Below, in pieces: positions 36,038 through 45,932 of a stretch of 64,000 bases of DNA. Positions within the stretch are counted from its first letter, which is position 1. Each line of letters starts with the position of its first letter. Both the position numbers and the translations under genes were made by a program. Origin of the DNA: an uncultured Prevotella sp. Its GTDB lineage: Bacteria > Bacteroidota > Bacteroidia > Bacteroidales > Bacteroidaceae. Location of the stretch: NCBI GenBank assembly GCA_900315035.1, contig OMXO01000004.1, positions 6,129 to 70,128 on the forward strand. The letters run 5' to 3'. The notes under the pieces were generated by a model. That model did not search any database, had not been told where the DNA came from, and saw nothing but the letters and a program-made list of their open reading frames with translations.

Positions 36038-37765
36038 TTAGGCTTGCGCCTTTTCGATCCATGTTGCTATTTCGTCAACACTTGGTTTCTGCATCTCGAG
36101 TTTGTACTTCTTGACGATGTCGCCAATCTTCTGCTGCAGCCCCTGAGGTTTCTCGTCCTTGATGTTTGAAATCAGGTTGAAGCCTGCCTTGCGGAGCACG
36201 GGTACCCACTCTTCGGCAACACCGATCTCAGCCCATTCGGCTGGTGAGCTCTGAGGAATCTTCTTCTCTGGCTTCATCTGTGGGAAGAACAGTACTTCCT
36301 GGATGAACGTCTTGCCTGTCATGAGCATCACCAGACGGTCGATACCGATGCCGATACCCGAAGTGGGAGGCATACCGTACTGCAGAGCGCGCAGGAAGTC
36401 CTGATCGATGATCATAGCCTCGTCGTCGCCCTTATCTGCCAGACGCATCTGCTCTACGAAGCGCTCCTCCTGATCGATAGGATCGTTGAGCTCAGAGTAG
36501 GCATTAGCCAGTTCCTTACCATTCACCATCAGCTCGAAGCGCTCTGTAAGACCAGGTTTGGAGCGGTGCATCTTGGTAAGCGGACTCATCTCAACGGGAT
36601 AGTCGGTAATGAAGGTCGGCTGGATAAAGGTGCCCTCGCAGAACTCACCGAAGAGCTCATCAATGAGTTTTCCCTTACCCATCGTCTCATCGACATCCAT
36701 TCCTTTAGAGAGACAGAAAGCACGGATCTCTTCCTCGCTCTTGCCATTACAGTCGAAGCCTGTCTTCTCTTCGATAGCCTCGAGGATAGGCAGACGACGA
36801 TAAGGCGCCTTGAACGATACGATATTACCATCGATCTCGCGCTCAGGCTTGCCGTTGACAGCGATACAGATGGTCTCCAGAAGCTTCTCTGTGAACGACA
36901 TCATCCAGTTGTAGTCCTTATATTGCACATAGAGCTCCATGCAAGTGAACTCTGGGTTGTGGTTGCGGTCCATACCCTCGTTACGGAAGTTCTTGCCTAT
37001 CTCATAGACACCCTCGAAACCGCCTACGATGAGGCGCTTCAGGTAGAGTTCGGTAGCGATACGCATGTACATATCCTGATCCAAAGCATTGAAATGGGTG
37101 ATGAACGGACGAGCAGAAGCACCGCCGGCAATCATCTGCAAGGTAGGAGTCTCTACCTCTGTATAACCGGCCTCGTCGAGCACCTTTCTTAAAGTGCGGA
37201 TAACAGTAGCACGCTGCAGGAAGGTGTCCTTGACACCCTCGTTTACTACCAGGTCAACGTAGCGCTGACGGTAGCGAAGTTCGGGATCGTCGAACTTATC
37301 ATAGGCCACACCATCCTTATATTTCACAATAGGCAATGGCTTCAGACTCTTAGAGAGCAGTTTCAGTTCAGAGGCATGTACGGAAATCTCACCAGTCTGG
37401 GTGCGGAACACCTTACCCTTCACACCGATGAAGTCGCCAATGTCGAGTAAACGCTTGAACACATTATTATATAAGTCCTTATTCTCACCAGGACAGATAT
37501 CATCGCGCGTGATGTACACCTGAATACGACCTTTAGAGTCTTGAAGTTCAGCAAACGAAGCTTTACCCATGACACGACGGCTCATCATACGACCGGCGAT
37601 TGTCACTTCTCTTTCCTCGTCGTCTTTGAAATTTTCCTTAATCTCTGTACTGAATGCATTAGTAGGGAACTCGGCTGCAGGATAGGGATCGATACCCATC
37701 GAGCGCAGTTCCTGAAGGCTCTGGCGCCTTCCGATTTCCTGTTCACTAAGTTCTAAAACGTTCAT
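36038..37765 (-). CDS. lysS: Lysine--tRNA ligase (class II)
   Basis: The ATG at 37765 gives MNVLELSEQEIGRRQSL. The 32 upstream codons of the track ORF cover the -7 box at 37798-37805. Motif 2 region FRNEG and motif 3 GIGIGIDRLVMLMT. Confidence 0.9.
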   Translation of the reverse strand: MNVLELSEQEIGRRQSLQELRSMGIDPYPAAEFPTNAFSTEIKENFKDDEEREVTIAGRMMSRRVMGKASFAELQDSKGRIQVYITRDDICPGENKDLYNNVFKRLLDIGDFIGVKGKVFRTQTGEISVHASELKLLSKSLKPLPIVKYKDGVAYDKFDDPELRYRQRYVDLVVNEGVKDTFLQRATVIRTLRKVLDEAGYTEVETPTLQMIAGGASARPFITHFNALDQDMYMRIATELYLKRLIVGGFEGVYEIGKNFRNEGMDRNHNPEFTCMELYVQYKDYNWMMSFTEKLLETICIAVNGKPEREIDGNIVSFKAPYRRLPILEAIEEKTGFDCNGKSEEEIRAFCLSKGMDVDETMGKGKLIDELFGEFCEGTFIQPTFITDYPVEMSPLTKMHRSKPGLTERFELMVNGKELANAYSELNDPIDQEERFVEQMRLADKGDDEAMIIDQDFLRALQYGMPPTSGIGIGIDRLVMLMTGKTFIQEVLFFPQMKPEKKIPQSSPAEWAEIGVAEEWVPVLRKAGFNLISNIKDEKPQGLQQKIGDIVKKYKLEMQKPSVDEIATWIEKAQA

Positions 37766-37797
37766 CTTTTTCTCAAATATATTTGCATTTATGGCTG

Positions 37798-37805
37798 CAA
37801 AGTTA
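37798..37805 (-). promoter_or_regulatory. -7 box TAnnTTTG for the lysS-gpsA-pgi-HAD operon
   Basis: Minus-strand TAacTTTG, 32 nt upstream of the ATG at 37765. Confidence 0.45.
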
Positions 37806-37888
37806 CGAATTTCTATTGAAAAAAGCAAGGATAGGGTAAATATTTGCAAAAAAAAGTGCAAAGATTTGGTTGGTAATGAAAAAAAACA

Positions 37889-37896
37889 TATATTTG
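37889..37896 (+). promoter_or_regulatory. -7 box TAnnTTTG with a -33 TTTG 20 nt upstream (ROK/men operon)
   Basis: TAtaTTTG. The -33 region ATTTGGTTGGTAA (37864-37876) is identical to 63902-63914. Confidence 0.45.
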
Positions 37897-37961
37897 CAAC
37901 ACATAACTAAATACCTGTCGTGTCATACAACGGTCAAGAAAAATGTTATAGGAACGAAAAT

Positions 37962-38957
37962 ATGGATACTGTTGAGAGTGTAGACAAGATCAAAACCCGT
38001 GTAATTGGAATTGATATCCGGGTGAAGAAAACCACCTTCGCAGTGGTAGATATAAGAGGTGAGATCGTGGCACAGGATCATTTCTCTACATTGGATTTTC
38101 CCGATGTCCATGATTTCGTTGCTGCTCTCAGTGAGCGTATAGTTGCCTTGGTAGAAGAAAACGGAGGCTATGAGACAATCCGATCTGTGGGCATCAGTGC
38201 TCCCAGTGCCAATTTGATGACGGGTTGTATTGAGAATGCGGCAAATCTCCCTTGGAAGGGTAGTGTCCCGCTGGCAGCGATGCTTCGCGATCGTTTGGGC
38301 TTGGCTGTGGCTCTTGCCAACGATGCTCATATCACTGCCCTAGCCGAGAAATCATACGGTTCGGCTCACGGTATGAAAGACTTCATCGTCATTTCCATCA
38401 GTCACGGAGGCCTGGGCAGTTGTTTCTTCTCTAACGGTCAGCCACATATGGGCTATTACGGCTTTGCCGGAGAGGTGGGGCATACCTGCGTGCAGGTAAA
38501 CGGCCGTCAGTGCGGTTGCGGTCATAAAGGCTGTCTGGAGACCTATTGTTCTGAAGCAGGGTTGGTAACCACCGTCAAAGAGGTGATTGCTGACATCAAG
38601 GAACCTACGCTGCTCAGCGACCTGAAGGAGTTTTCCATCGGTTCCCTCATTGACTGTTGTGAGAAAGGCGACAAGGGCGCCGTCGAGGTGTTCCATCGTA
38701 TTGGTGATGTGTTGGGACTCGGACTGGCTAACTATGCTTCCGTGCTCGATCCTGAGGCCATCATCCTCACGGGCGACATGACAGCGGCTGGCAAATGGCT
38801 GTTGAAGCCGATGCGCGTTTCCTTCGACGAGCACGTGTTCCATAACATCAGGAATAAGACGCGTATCCTCGTATCCATCCTCAAGGAGGGTGAGCGCGAC
38901 GTGCTGGGTGCGAGCGCACTCGCCTGGGACGTCAAAGAATATTCTCTGTTTAAATAG
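37962..38957 (+). CDS. ROK-family sugar kinase/regulator paralog 1
   Basis: The ATG at 37962 gives MDTVESVDKIKTRVIGIDI. ATP-binding GIDI motif. ROK zinc motif GRQCGCGHKGCLETY. Confidence 0.8.
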   Translation: MDTVESVDKIKTRVIGIDIRVKKTTFAVVDIRGEIVAQDHFSTLDFPDVHDFVAALSERIVALVEENGGYETIRSVGISAPSANLMTGCIENAANLPWKGSVPLAAMLRDRLGLAVALANDAHITALAEKSYGSAHGMKDFIVISISHGGLGSCFFSNGQPHMGYYGFAGEVGHTCVQVNGRQCGCGHKGCLETYCSEAGLVTTVKEVIADIKEPTLLSDLKEFSIGSLIDCCEKGDKGAVEVFHRIGDVLGLGLANYASVLDPEAIILTGDMTAAGKWLLKPMRVSFDEHVFHNIRNKTRILVSILKEGERDVLGASALAWDVKEYSLFK

Positions 38958-38991
38958 ACCCCCAACAATATAACTAAAGACATTTTATTAA

Positions 38992-39972
38992 ATGGAAGAG
39001 ATCAAAATCAAATCAAGAGTCGTCGGTGTTGATATCAGTAATGAGCGTACCACTTATGCCATTATCGATATTCGTGGTAATATCATTGCTGAGGATTCGT
39101 TCCCTACGGAAGAGTTTGCTGACATCAACGACTTCGTCAAGGCCTTGAGCGAGAAAATCGTGATGCTCGTAGAGAGTAATGGAGGTTATGAGACTATTCG
39201 TTCTATCGGAGTCAGTGCGCCGAGTGCAAGTTCGGTGTCTGGTTGTATTGAGAATGCGGCAAACTTGCCTTGGAAGGGTGTCATCCCTCTGGCTGTGATG
39301 CTACGTGAGCAGATTGGTCTGGCTGTGGGCCTTTCTAATGATGCCCATATCTCTGCGCTTGGTGAACAAGCCTATGGAAGTGCCCACGGCATGCGCAACT
39401 TTATCATCCTCAGTCTGGGTGTGGGGCTCGGCAGTTGCTTCTTCGCAGAAGGCATCGAGCATCAGGGACAGTTCGGCTATGCCGGAGAGTTCGGTCATAC
39501 CTGTGTTGACGATAATGGCCGTCAGTGTGGCTGTGGTCACAGAGGTTGTCTTGAGGCCTATGTCGGTGCAAAAGGTATTGTTCAGACGGCGCGTGAACTC
39601 ATGCAGGGCTCGGATAAGCCCTCATTGATGCGCAGTCTTGATAAACTGTCACCACGTACGATTGCCGAGTGCTGCGACCAGGGCGACGAACTTGCTATAG
39701 AGGTTTATCGCCGTACAGGTTATATTCTGGGTCTGGCAATGGCCAACTATGCCTCTATCGTCGATCCTGAGGCTATCATCCTGACGGGTGGCATCTCTCA
39801 TGCTGGAAAGTGGCTCGTCGATCCGATGTACGAATCCTTTGAATCTCACGTCTTCGGGAATCTTCGTGGAAAAGTGAAGATTCTTACTTCTAAGTTAAAT
39901 GATCGTGAGCGTGACGTGCTGGGTGCTAGTGCCCTCGCCTGGAGCGTTCCTGAGTATTCTTTGTTTAAATAG
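38992..39972 (+). CDS. ROK-family sugar kinase/regulator paralog 2
   Basis: 326 aa. Motifs VVGVDIS and GRQCGCGHRGCLEAY. By eye about 60 percent identical to paralog 1 over the full length. Confidence 0.8.
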   Translation: MEEIKIKSRVVGVDISNERTTYAIIDIRGNIIAEDSFPTEEFADINDFVKALSEKIVMLVESNGGYETIRSIGVSAPSASSVSGCIENAANLPWKGVIPLAVMLREQIGLAVGLSNDAHISALGEQAYGSAHGMRNFIILSLGVGLGSCFFAEGIEHQGQFGYAGEFGHTCVDDNGRQCGCGHRGCLEAYVGAKGIVQTARELMQGSDKPSLMRSLDKLSPRTIAECCDQGDELAIEVYRRTGYILGLAMANYASIVDPEAIILTGGISHAGKWLVDPMYESFESHVFGNLRGKVKILTSKLNDRERDVLGASALAWSVPEYSLFK

Positions 39973-39973
39973 A

Positions 39974-40387
39974 ATGAATGTAGATAATATAAACGAGATT
40001 ATCAACGCTAAACCTAACCTGAGTACCGCCCTCGGCATGGAGTTTATCTCCACGCCTGAGGACGATACCTGTATGGCTCGCATGAAGGTTGACGAACGTA
40101 ATCGTCAGCCTTTCGGCTTTTTAAGTGGTGGTGCCTCTTTGGCTCTTGCAGAGAATGTCGCTGGTGTAGGCTCTTCATCGCTCTGCCCAGGATGTGCTTG
40201 TGTGGGTATCGAGGTGAGTGGCAGTCATGTGAAGGCTGTGGCCGAAGGCGACACCGTAACGGCTTATGCGCGACTACTCCATCAGGGAACCACTCTCCAC
40301 GTGTGGAATGTCGATATCCGTGATACATCCGGTGATCTTATCTCCAACGTGAGGGTCACAAACTATGTCATTAAAAGCAGGAAGTGA
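39974..40387 (+). CDS. Hotdog-fold (PaaI/YdiI-like) thioesterase, probable 1,4-dihydroxy-2-naphthoyl-CoA hydrolase
   Basis: The ATG at 39974 gives MNVDNINEIINAK, 1 nt after the ROK2 stop. About 137 aa. Assigned by its position at the head of the men operon. Confidence 0.65.
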   Translation: MNVDNINEIINAKPNLSTALGMEFISTPEDDTCMARMKVDERNRQPFGFLSGGASLALAENVAGVGSSSLCPGCACVGIEVSGSHVKAVAEGDTVTAYARLLHQGTTLHVWNVDIRDTSGDLISNVRVTNYVIKSRK

Positions 40388-41439
40388 TGTCGGGATTTGC
40401 AGTCTATCGTTTGCCATATGCCGACTATGCCACTATCGTTGAGCAGACATCGGGTGAGCCTTCCGAGTTGTTGTCGTGCAAAGAACTGAACGAACGTCGC
40501 GGTTTCGTCGTAGCCCCCTTTGAGGTGAGAGCCGATCAGCCTATCCTACTCATACATCCAGATAGGGTAGAACAGTTACCCATCAAGTCGATTCCATATA
40601 GGGCGCAGGAGTCAGAGAACTTTAATCGCGATGCTGTCCCGAACTCCACTTATGCGATTGATTTTGCTAATTATCACGCACAACTTTCTCTTGGTGCATT
40701 CCGGAAAATAGTTCTTGCACGCTGTGCCGAGGAGACCGTAGAAGAGGCGGTAGATCCTATGGTATATTTCCATACAGCCTGCAACCTGTATCCCCGCATG
40801 TTTATCGCCCTCGTCTATACCGAGAGAAGTGGATTCTGGCTTACGGCCACTCCAGAAATATTGCTTGAAGGTGGCAATCATCATTGGCGCACCATCGCCT
40901 TGGCTGGCACCATGCGGCTCGAAGGTGAGAATCTCAAAGGCGAGGGCGAGTCTGTCAGTTGGAGTACAAAGAATATTCAGGAGCAGCGTTACGTTGCTAC
41001 TTATATTGCTGAGTGCCTCGAACAGTTTACCCGTGACTTCCACGAAGAAGGCCCCTATACCGTGCGGGCTGCCAATCTCGTACATCTGCGTAGCGACTTT
41101 AATTTCACCCTTCCTTCAGATAATCATATCGGAGACCTGTTGCAGCAACTTCATCCTACGCCTGCTGTCTGTGGTCTGCCCAAGCGTGAAGCCTTTCAGT
41201 TTATTGTGCGTAATGAGCATACGCCCCGTCGATATTACAGCGGGTTCATGGGCATGCTCGATTCGGAAGGCGATACTCACCTTTACGTTTCCTTGCGCTG
41301 TATGAACATCACGGATTACCGCTATCACCTCTATGCTGGAGGCGGTCTGCTAAAGGATAGTGTCCTCGAACAGGAATGGCAGGAGACAGAGGCGAAACTT
41401 GAAACAATGAGAAGATGTATAGCAGTAAAGAAAACGTAA
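40387..41439 (+). CDS. menF: Isochorismate synthase
   Basis: About 350 aa. Chorismate-binding motifs LHPTPAVCGLP and LYAGGGL. The ATG overlaps the upstream TGA (TGATG); an in-frame GTG lies at 40384. Confidence 0.8.
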   Translation: MSGFAVYRLPYADYATIVEQTSGEPSELLSCKELNERRGFVVAPFEVRADQPILLIHPDRVEQLPIKSIPYRAQESENFNRDAVPNSTYAIDFANYHAQLSLGAFRKIVLARCAEETVEEAVDPMVYFHTACNLYPRMFIALVYTERSGFWLTATPEILLEGGNHHWRTIALAGTMRLEGENLKGEGESVSWSTKNIQEQRYVATYIAECLEQFTRDFHEEGPYTVRAANLVHLRSDFNFTLPSDNHIGDLLQQLHPTPAVCGLPKREAFQFIVRNEHTPRRYYSGFMGMLDSEGDTHLYVSLRCMNITDYRYHLYAGGGLLKDSVLEQEWQETEAKLETMRRCIAVKKT

Positions 41440-42953
41440 ACATACTCACCTCGTTGCTTGTGGCTCACGGTATCACTCATGCCGTTGTGTGTCCAGGCAG
41501 CCGTAATGCACCCATCGTGCATAATCTTGATGCGTGTCCTTCCATCCAGTGCTATCCCATTACCGACGAGCGCTCTGCTGGCTTCTATGCCCTCGGTATG
41601 GTGCAGGCTCTGAAACGGCCTGTTGCTGTCTGTGTTACTAGTGGAACGGCGCTTTTGAACCTTGCTCCCGCAGTAGCTGAGGCTTTTTATCAGCATGTGC
41701 CGCTTGTTGTGATCTCTGCTGATCGTCCAGCCGCGTGGATCGACCAACTTGATGGTCAGACACTGCCGCAGCCAGATGCTCTCGGGCGATTTGTGGCGAA
41801 GGCTGTCTCGTTGCCTGAACCTTGCGATGACGATACTCGCTGGTATTGTAACCGTCTTGTCAACGAGGCACTTGTTGTCCGTTGTGCCCCCGTCCATATT
41901 AATGTTCCCATTACGGAACCACTCTTCGACTTCAGCGTCGTAGAGTTGCCCACAGAACGAAAGATAGAGTGTCATTCTGCCGATATGTCGCCTGCAACTC
42001 TGAGCCACATCACGCGTATGTTCCTTCAGGCCAAACGCCCGATGCTTATTAGTGGCCAGCCTATGAATCCGCTCTACGACGAAGCCGTCGCTCTTGTAGG
42101 CGATGACGAGACTTACGTTCCCGACTTCGTGCTTTATACCGGCGGCTCTATCGTGAGCAAACGTCTTAAGCGTTTCCTGCGGAAGGCTAAGGAGACGTGG
42201 GTGGTGAATGAGTCGGGCGAGGTGACCGATACCTTTATGAATCTTACGCAGGTGTTTCAGGGCGACGCAGAGGCTGTAGCCGATCATATTCGCTTCATGC
42301 TGGTGATGGAACCTCATCCCTTCGTGCAGAAGTGGGATGAACTGCTGGCAGACATCCGAAGTCGCGTAACGGTTTATGAACCAGCCTACTCGTCGATGGC
42401 TGCTGTGAAGTATTTCGAACGTTATGTGGGTGATGCCGAAGTGCATTATGCCAATAGTACAGCCATCCGTCTTGCCAATAGTTTCGCTCAGCATCCTGTG
42501 TGGTGTAATCGTGGGGTCAACGGCATCGAGGGCTCTCTTTCTACGGCAGCAGGTTTTTCCTGTATCTCCGACAAACAGGTATTCTGCGTTATCGGCGACC
42601 TCAGTTTCTTCTACGATCAGAACGCATTGTGGAATCAGAATCTTTCTGGCCGTTTCCGTATTCTCCTGCTTAACAATGGATGTGGCGGTATTTTCAACAT
42701 GCTTCCAGGACTTGATCAGAGTCCTGCTCGCGATAGTTTTGTTGCTGCCTCTCATCATACCCGTGCAGAGGGTATCTGTCAGCAAAACGATATCGTTTAT
42801 CTGTCTGCCTCTGATATGCCTGAAATGCGTGCAGGAATCGATACCTTATTAAATATAGAGAGTGATCGCCCTGTGCTTCTCGAGGTGTTTACCTCTCCTC
42901 TCGATGACGAAAGTGTGCTTCGTGACTATTTTACAGCTATTAAATATAAATAA
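41415..42953 (+). CDS. menD: 2-succinyl-5-enolpyruvyl-6-hydroxy-3-cyclohexene-1-carboxylate (SEPHCHC) synthase
   Basis: 512 aa. ThDP-enzyme motifs VCPGSRNAP and IGDLSFFYDQNAL...NNGCGGIF. Confidence 0.85.
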   Translation: MYSSKENVNILTSLLVAHGITHAVVCPGSRNAPIVHNLDACPSIQCYPITDERSAGFYALGMVQALKRPVAVCVTSGTALLNLAPAVAEAFYQHVPLVVISADRPAAWIDQLDGQTLPQPDALGRFVAKAVSLPEPCDDDTRWYCNRLVNEALVVRCAPVHINVPITEPLFDFSVVELPTERKIECHSADMSPATLSHITRMFLQAKRPMLISGQPMNPLYDEAVALVGDDETYVPDFVLYTGGSIVSKRLKRFLRKAKETWVVNESGEVTDTFMNLTQVFQGDAEAVADHIRFMLVMEPHPFVQKWDELLADIRSRVTVYEPAYSSMAAVKYFERYVGDAEVHYANSTAIRLANSFAQHPVWCNRGVNGIEGSLSTAAGFSCISDKQVFCVIGDLSFFYDQNALWNQNLSGRFRILLLNNGCGGIFNMLPGLDQSPARDSFVAASHHTRAEGICQQNDIVYLSASDMPEMRAGIDTLLNIESDRPVLLEVFTSPLDDESVLRDYFTAIKYK

Positions 42954-42962
42954 TGATAGATT

Positions 42963-43817
42963 ATGTCAAGAGATTGGAAACAAATACGCGAATTTAAGGA
43001 GATTCTGTTTGAGTCTTATAATGGTATTGCCAAAATTACCATTAACCGTCCGCAATACCGTAATGCTTTTACCCCCAAGACTACATGGGAACTCTCGCAG
43101 GCCTTTTCGATGTGTCGCGAGATGCAAGACATTTCTGTAGTACTGTTGACGGGCGCGATGTCTGAGGTACCTGAGGGCAAGACTCTCGCCGATGTGAAAC
43201 ATGCGTTCTGCAGTGGTGGTGATATGCATGTGAAGGGGCGTGGCGGCTATGTCGATGAAGAAGGTGTGCCCCGTCTCAGTGTGCTCGATGTGCAGATGCA
43301 GATCCGTCGTCTGCCCAAGCCCGTTATTGCGATGGTGAATGGCTATGCTATCGGTGGTGGTCATGTACTCCACCTTGTCTGTGACCTCACTATAGCCTCC
43401 GAGAATGCCATCTTCGGACAGACGGGACCAAAGGTGGGCTCGTTCGATGCAGGCTTCGGCTCTTCGTATCTGGCTCGTATCGTAGGTCAGAAGAAAGCCC
43501 GCGAGATCTGGTTCCTCTGCCGACAATATACGGCCAAGGAGGCTGAGGAGATGGGGATGGTCAATAAGGTGGTGCCTATAGAGCGCCTCGAAGACGAGTG
43601 TGTCGAGTGGGCAGAAATCATGATGGAACGTTCTCTTCTTGCCTTGCGTATGATCAAGGCTGGACTCAATGCAGAACTCGATGGTCAGGCTGGTATTCAG
43701 GAACTCGCCGGCGACTGCACCATGCTCTACTATTTTCTCGATGAGGCTCAGGAGGGTGGAAAAGCCTTCCTCGAGAAACGCAAGCCCGACTTCAAGAAAT
43801 ATCCCAAACTGCCATGA
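42963..43817 (+). CDS. menB: 1,4-dihydroxy-2-naphthoyl-CoA synthase
   Basis: 284 aa. Crotonase fold with the MenB-typical [21 protein letters not shown]. Confidence 0.9.
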   Translation: MSRDWKQIREFKEILFESYNGIAKITINRPQYRNAFTPKTTWELSQAFSMCREMQDISVVLLTGAMSEVPEGKTLADVKHAFCSGGDMHVKGRGGYVDEEGVPRLSVLDVQMQIRRLPKPVIAMVNGYAIGGGHVLHLVCDLTIASENAIFGQTGPKVGSFDAGFGSSYLARIVGQKKAREIWFLCRQYTAKEAEEMGMVNKVVPIERLEDECVEWAEIMMERSLLALRMIKAGLNAELDGQAGIQELAGDCTMLYYFLDEAQEGGKAFLEKRKPDFKKYPKLP

Positions 43818-44833
43818 CCTATCAGATAGAGAAGCGTCTGCTTCATTTCAAACAGCCTGCAGGAACGTCGCGTGGAGTTTACACTACCAGGAAGATTTGG
43901 TTGGTTCACTTGTCTGATGGCGAAAAGTCTGGAATAGGAGAGTGTGCACCATTGCCTGATTTGAGTTGCGATGTGCTCAGCGATGAGATTTACGAGCAGA
44001 AACTCAACGACTTCTGTTGGGACCTCTGCCAGACGGGCAAGATTGATGTTGAGGCGGTCCGCGACTATCCCTCGATGCTCTTTGGCCTCGAGACAGCCTT
44101 ACTGAACCTTCGCAATGGTAATCTGCTTTTCGATACTCCTTTTTCACGAGGCGAAGAAGGTATCCCCATCAATGGTCTTGTCTGGATGGGGCGTTACGAC
44201 GAGATGCTTCAACGACTTGAAGAAAAGCTTGAGAAAGGCTTCCGTTGCGTCAAACTTAAGATAGGTGCCATCGACTTCGAGCAGGAACTCGATCTCGTTC
44301 GCCGCATTCGTTCTCGCTTCTCATTTCATGAAGTGGAGTTGCGCCTCGACGCTAATGGTGCTTTCCTTTACGAAGAGGCTCTCTATAAACTCGAACTTCT
44401 CTCGCAATATGCTATTCACTCAATAGAACAGCCTATCCGGCAGGGACAATGGGCCTATATGGCAGAACTTTGTCGGGAGTCGCCTCTGCCTATTGCGCTT
44501 GATGAAGAACTTATCGGTGTCAACGATCCTGAGATGAAAAGTCATATGCTCCATATCATCAAACCTCGCTATATCATCCTTAAGCCTTCGCTCCACGGTG
44601 GAATGACGGGTTGTAGGGGATGGATACAGACTGCTAAGGAACAGGGCATTGGCTCGTGGATTACTTCTGCCCTTGAGAGTAACATCGGCCTTAACGCCAT
44701 CGCACAGTTCGCCTCTGATGTCTATGGTTCTCAAATCTCTATGCCCCAGGGACTTGGCACAGGCCAACTCTTTACCGACAATATCCCCATGCCCCTTGAG
44801 ATTCGGGGCGATCAACTTTATATCGGGGCCTGA
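43814..44833 (+). CDS. menC: o-Succinylbenzoate synthase (enolase superfamily)
   Basis: 339 aa. Motifs [19 protein letters not shown] and ALDEEL. The start overlaps the menB stop. Confidence 0.8.
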   Translation: MTYQIEKRLLHFKQPAGTSRGVYTTRKIWLVHLSDGEKSGIGECAPLPDLSCDVLSDEIYEQKLNDFCWDLCQTGKIDVEAVRDYPSMLFGLETALLNLRNGNLLFDTPFSRGEEGIPINGLVWMGRYDEMLQRLEEKLEKGFRCVKLKIGAIDFEQELDLVRRIRSRFSFHEVELRLDANGAFLYEEALYKLELLSQYAIHSIEQPIRQGQWAYMAELCRESPLPIALDEELIGVNDPEMKSHMLHIIKPRYIILKPSLHGGMTGCRGWIQTAKEQGIGSWITSALESNIGLNAIAQFASDVYGSQISMPQGLGTGQLFTDNIPMPLEIRGDQLYIGA

Positions 44834-44850
44834 CCCCAGCATCAAATTTT

Positions 44851-45837
44851 ATGATGTCTTTAGACGAATTTTTAGCAGAATGGCATAACGATTCTGAGTT
44901 TGTACATGTGCAGACCAGTGGTTCTACGGGTACTCCTAAGCCCATGATGATCGAGAAGCGGCGTATGCTCGCCTCTGCCCGCATCACTTGCGATTTTCTC
45001 GGTCTCCGTCCTGACGATAGTGCCTTGCTCTGTATGTCGCTCGATTATATCGCGGGTAAGATGATGGTGGTGCGCTCTCTTGAACGACAACTCCGACTCG
45101 TCACCGTTGCTCCCAGTGGTCATCCTCTCTCAAATCTCTCACCTCATAGCTCTTATTTCTCACCTCTTGTCTTTGCGGCAATGGTGCCTTTGCAGGTCTA
45201 TAATTCCCTCCAGGTGCCAGAAGAGTGTGAGCGTCTTCGTGAGATCCGTCATCTGATTATTGGCGGTGGTGCTATCGATGAGGCGATGGCTGCCCAACTA
45301 AAGACTTTTCCCCATGCCGTGTGGAGCACTTATGGTATGACCGAGACACTCTCTCACATAGCTCTTCGTCGCCTCAGTGGTCCCGAAGCCTCCGATTGGT
45401 ATACGCCCTTCCCTTCTGTCAACCTCAGTCTTTCTGTCGATGGCTGTCTGATCATCGAAGCTCCAGAGGTGTGCGAAGAGCGTCTTGTTACCAACGATAT
45501 TGCTGTCTTGTCGCCCGAAGGCCGTTTCCGTATCCTCGGACGTAAAGACAATATGATCTGTTCTGGAGGCATCAAAATTCAGGCTGAGGAGCTAGAACGC
45601 CAACTTCGTCCGCATCTGAGTGCTCCTTTCATGATCACCAAGCGTTCTGATGAGAAGTTTGGCGAGGTTGTCGTACTGCTTACTGAGGGCGACATCTCAG
45701 ATGCCCGAAACGTCTGTGAGCACATCCTCCCCAAATTCCATCATCCCCGAATCTATCTGCATGTTGCCCAGATTCCTCTGACGGCAACGGGCAAGCCTGC
45801 CCGCAAAACAGCCGAGACTATTGCAAAACTTTCGTAA
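44851..45837 (+). CDS. menE: o-Succinylbenzoate--CoA ligase (short AMP-binding enzyme)
   Basis: 328 aa. AMP-binding motifs TSGSTGTPK and YGMTET. Last gene of the men operon. Confidence 0.75.
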   Translation: MMSLDEFLAEWHNDSEFVHVQTSGSTGTPKPMMIEKRRMLASARITCDFLGLRPDDSALLCMSLDYIAGKMMVVRSLERQLRLVTVAPSGHPLSNLSPHSSYFSPLVFAAMVPLQVYNSLQVPEECERLREIRHLIIGGGAIDEAMAAQLKTFPHAVWSTYGMTETLSHIALRRLSGPEASDWYTPFPSVNLSLSVDGCLIIEAPEVCEERLVTNDIAVLSPEGRFRILGRKDNMICSGGIKIQAEELERQLRPHLSAPFMITKRSDEKFGEVVVLLTEGDISDARNVCEHILPKFHHPRIYLHVAQIPLTATGKPARKTAETIAKLS

Positions 45838-45875
45838 AAAAAGAGATAGGACTACCCTCCCGGGCAATCCTATCT
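45837..45875 (-). terminator. Hairpin plus T-run (minus orientation) downstream of aroB
   Basis: 8-bp stem AGATAGGA / TCCTATCT (45844-45851 / 45868-45875) with a 16-nt loop. On the minus strand it is followed by T7. Confidence 0.4.
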
Positions 45876-45932
45876 GCGATTAGTTAGTAATATGATCAGG
45901 TCTATTAAGTTGATTGGTTACTCTTATCATGA

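Noticed and set aside
41331-42785. 484-aa minus-strand ORF, the longest unannotated ORF.
   Set aside because: It is entirely antisense to menF/menD, which have clear family motifs. Its own sequence is Arg/His/Cys-rich with no recognisable domain. It is a typical shadow ORF.
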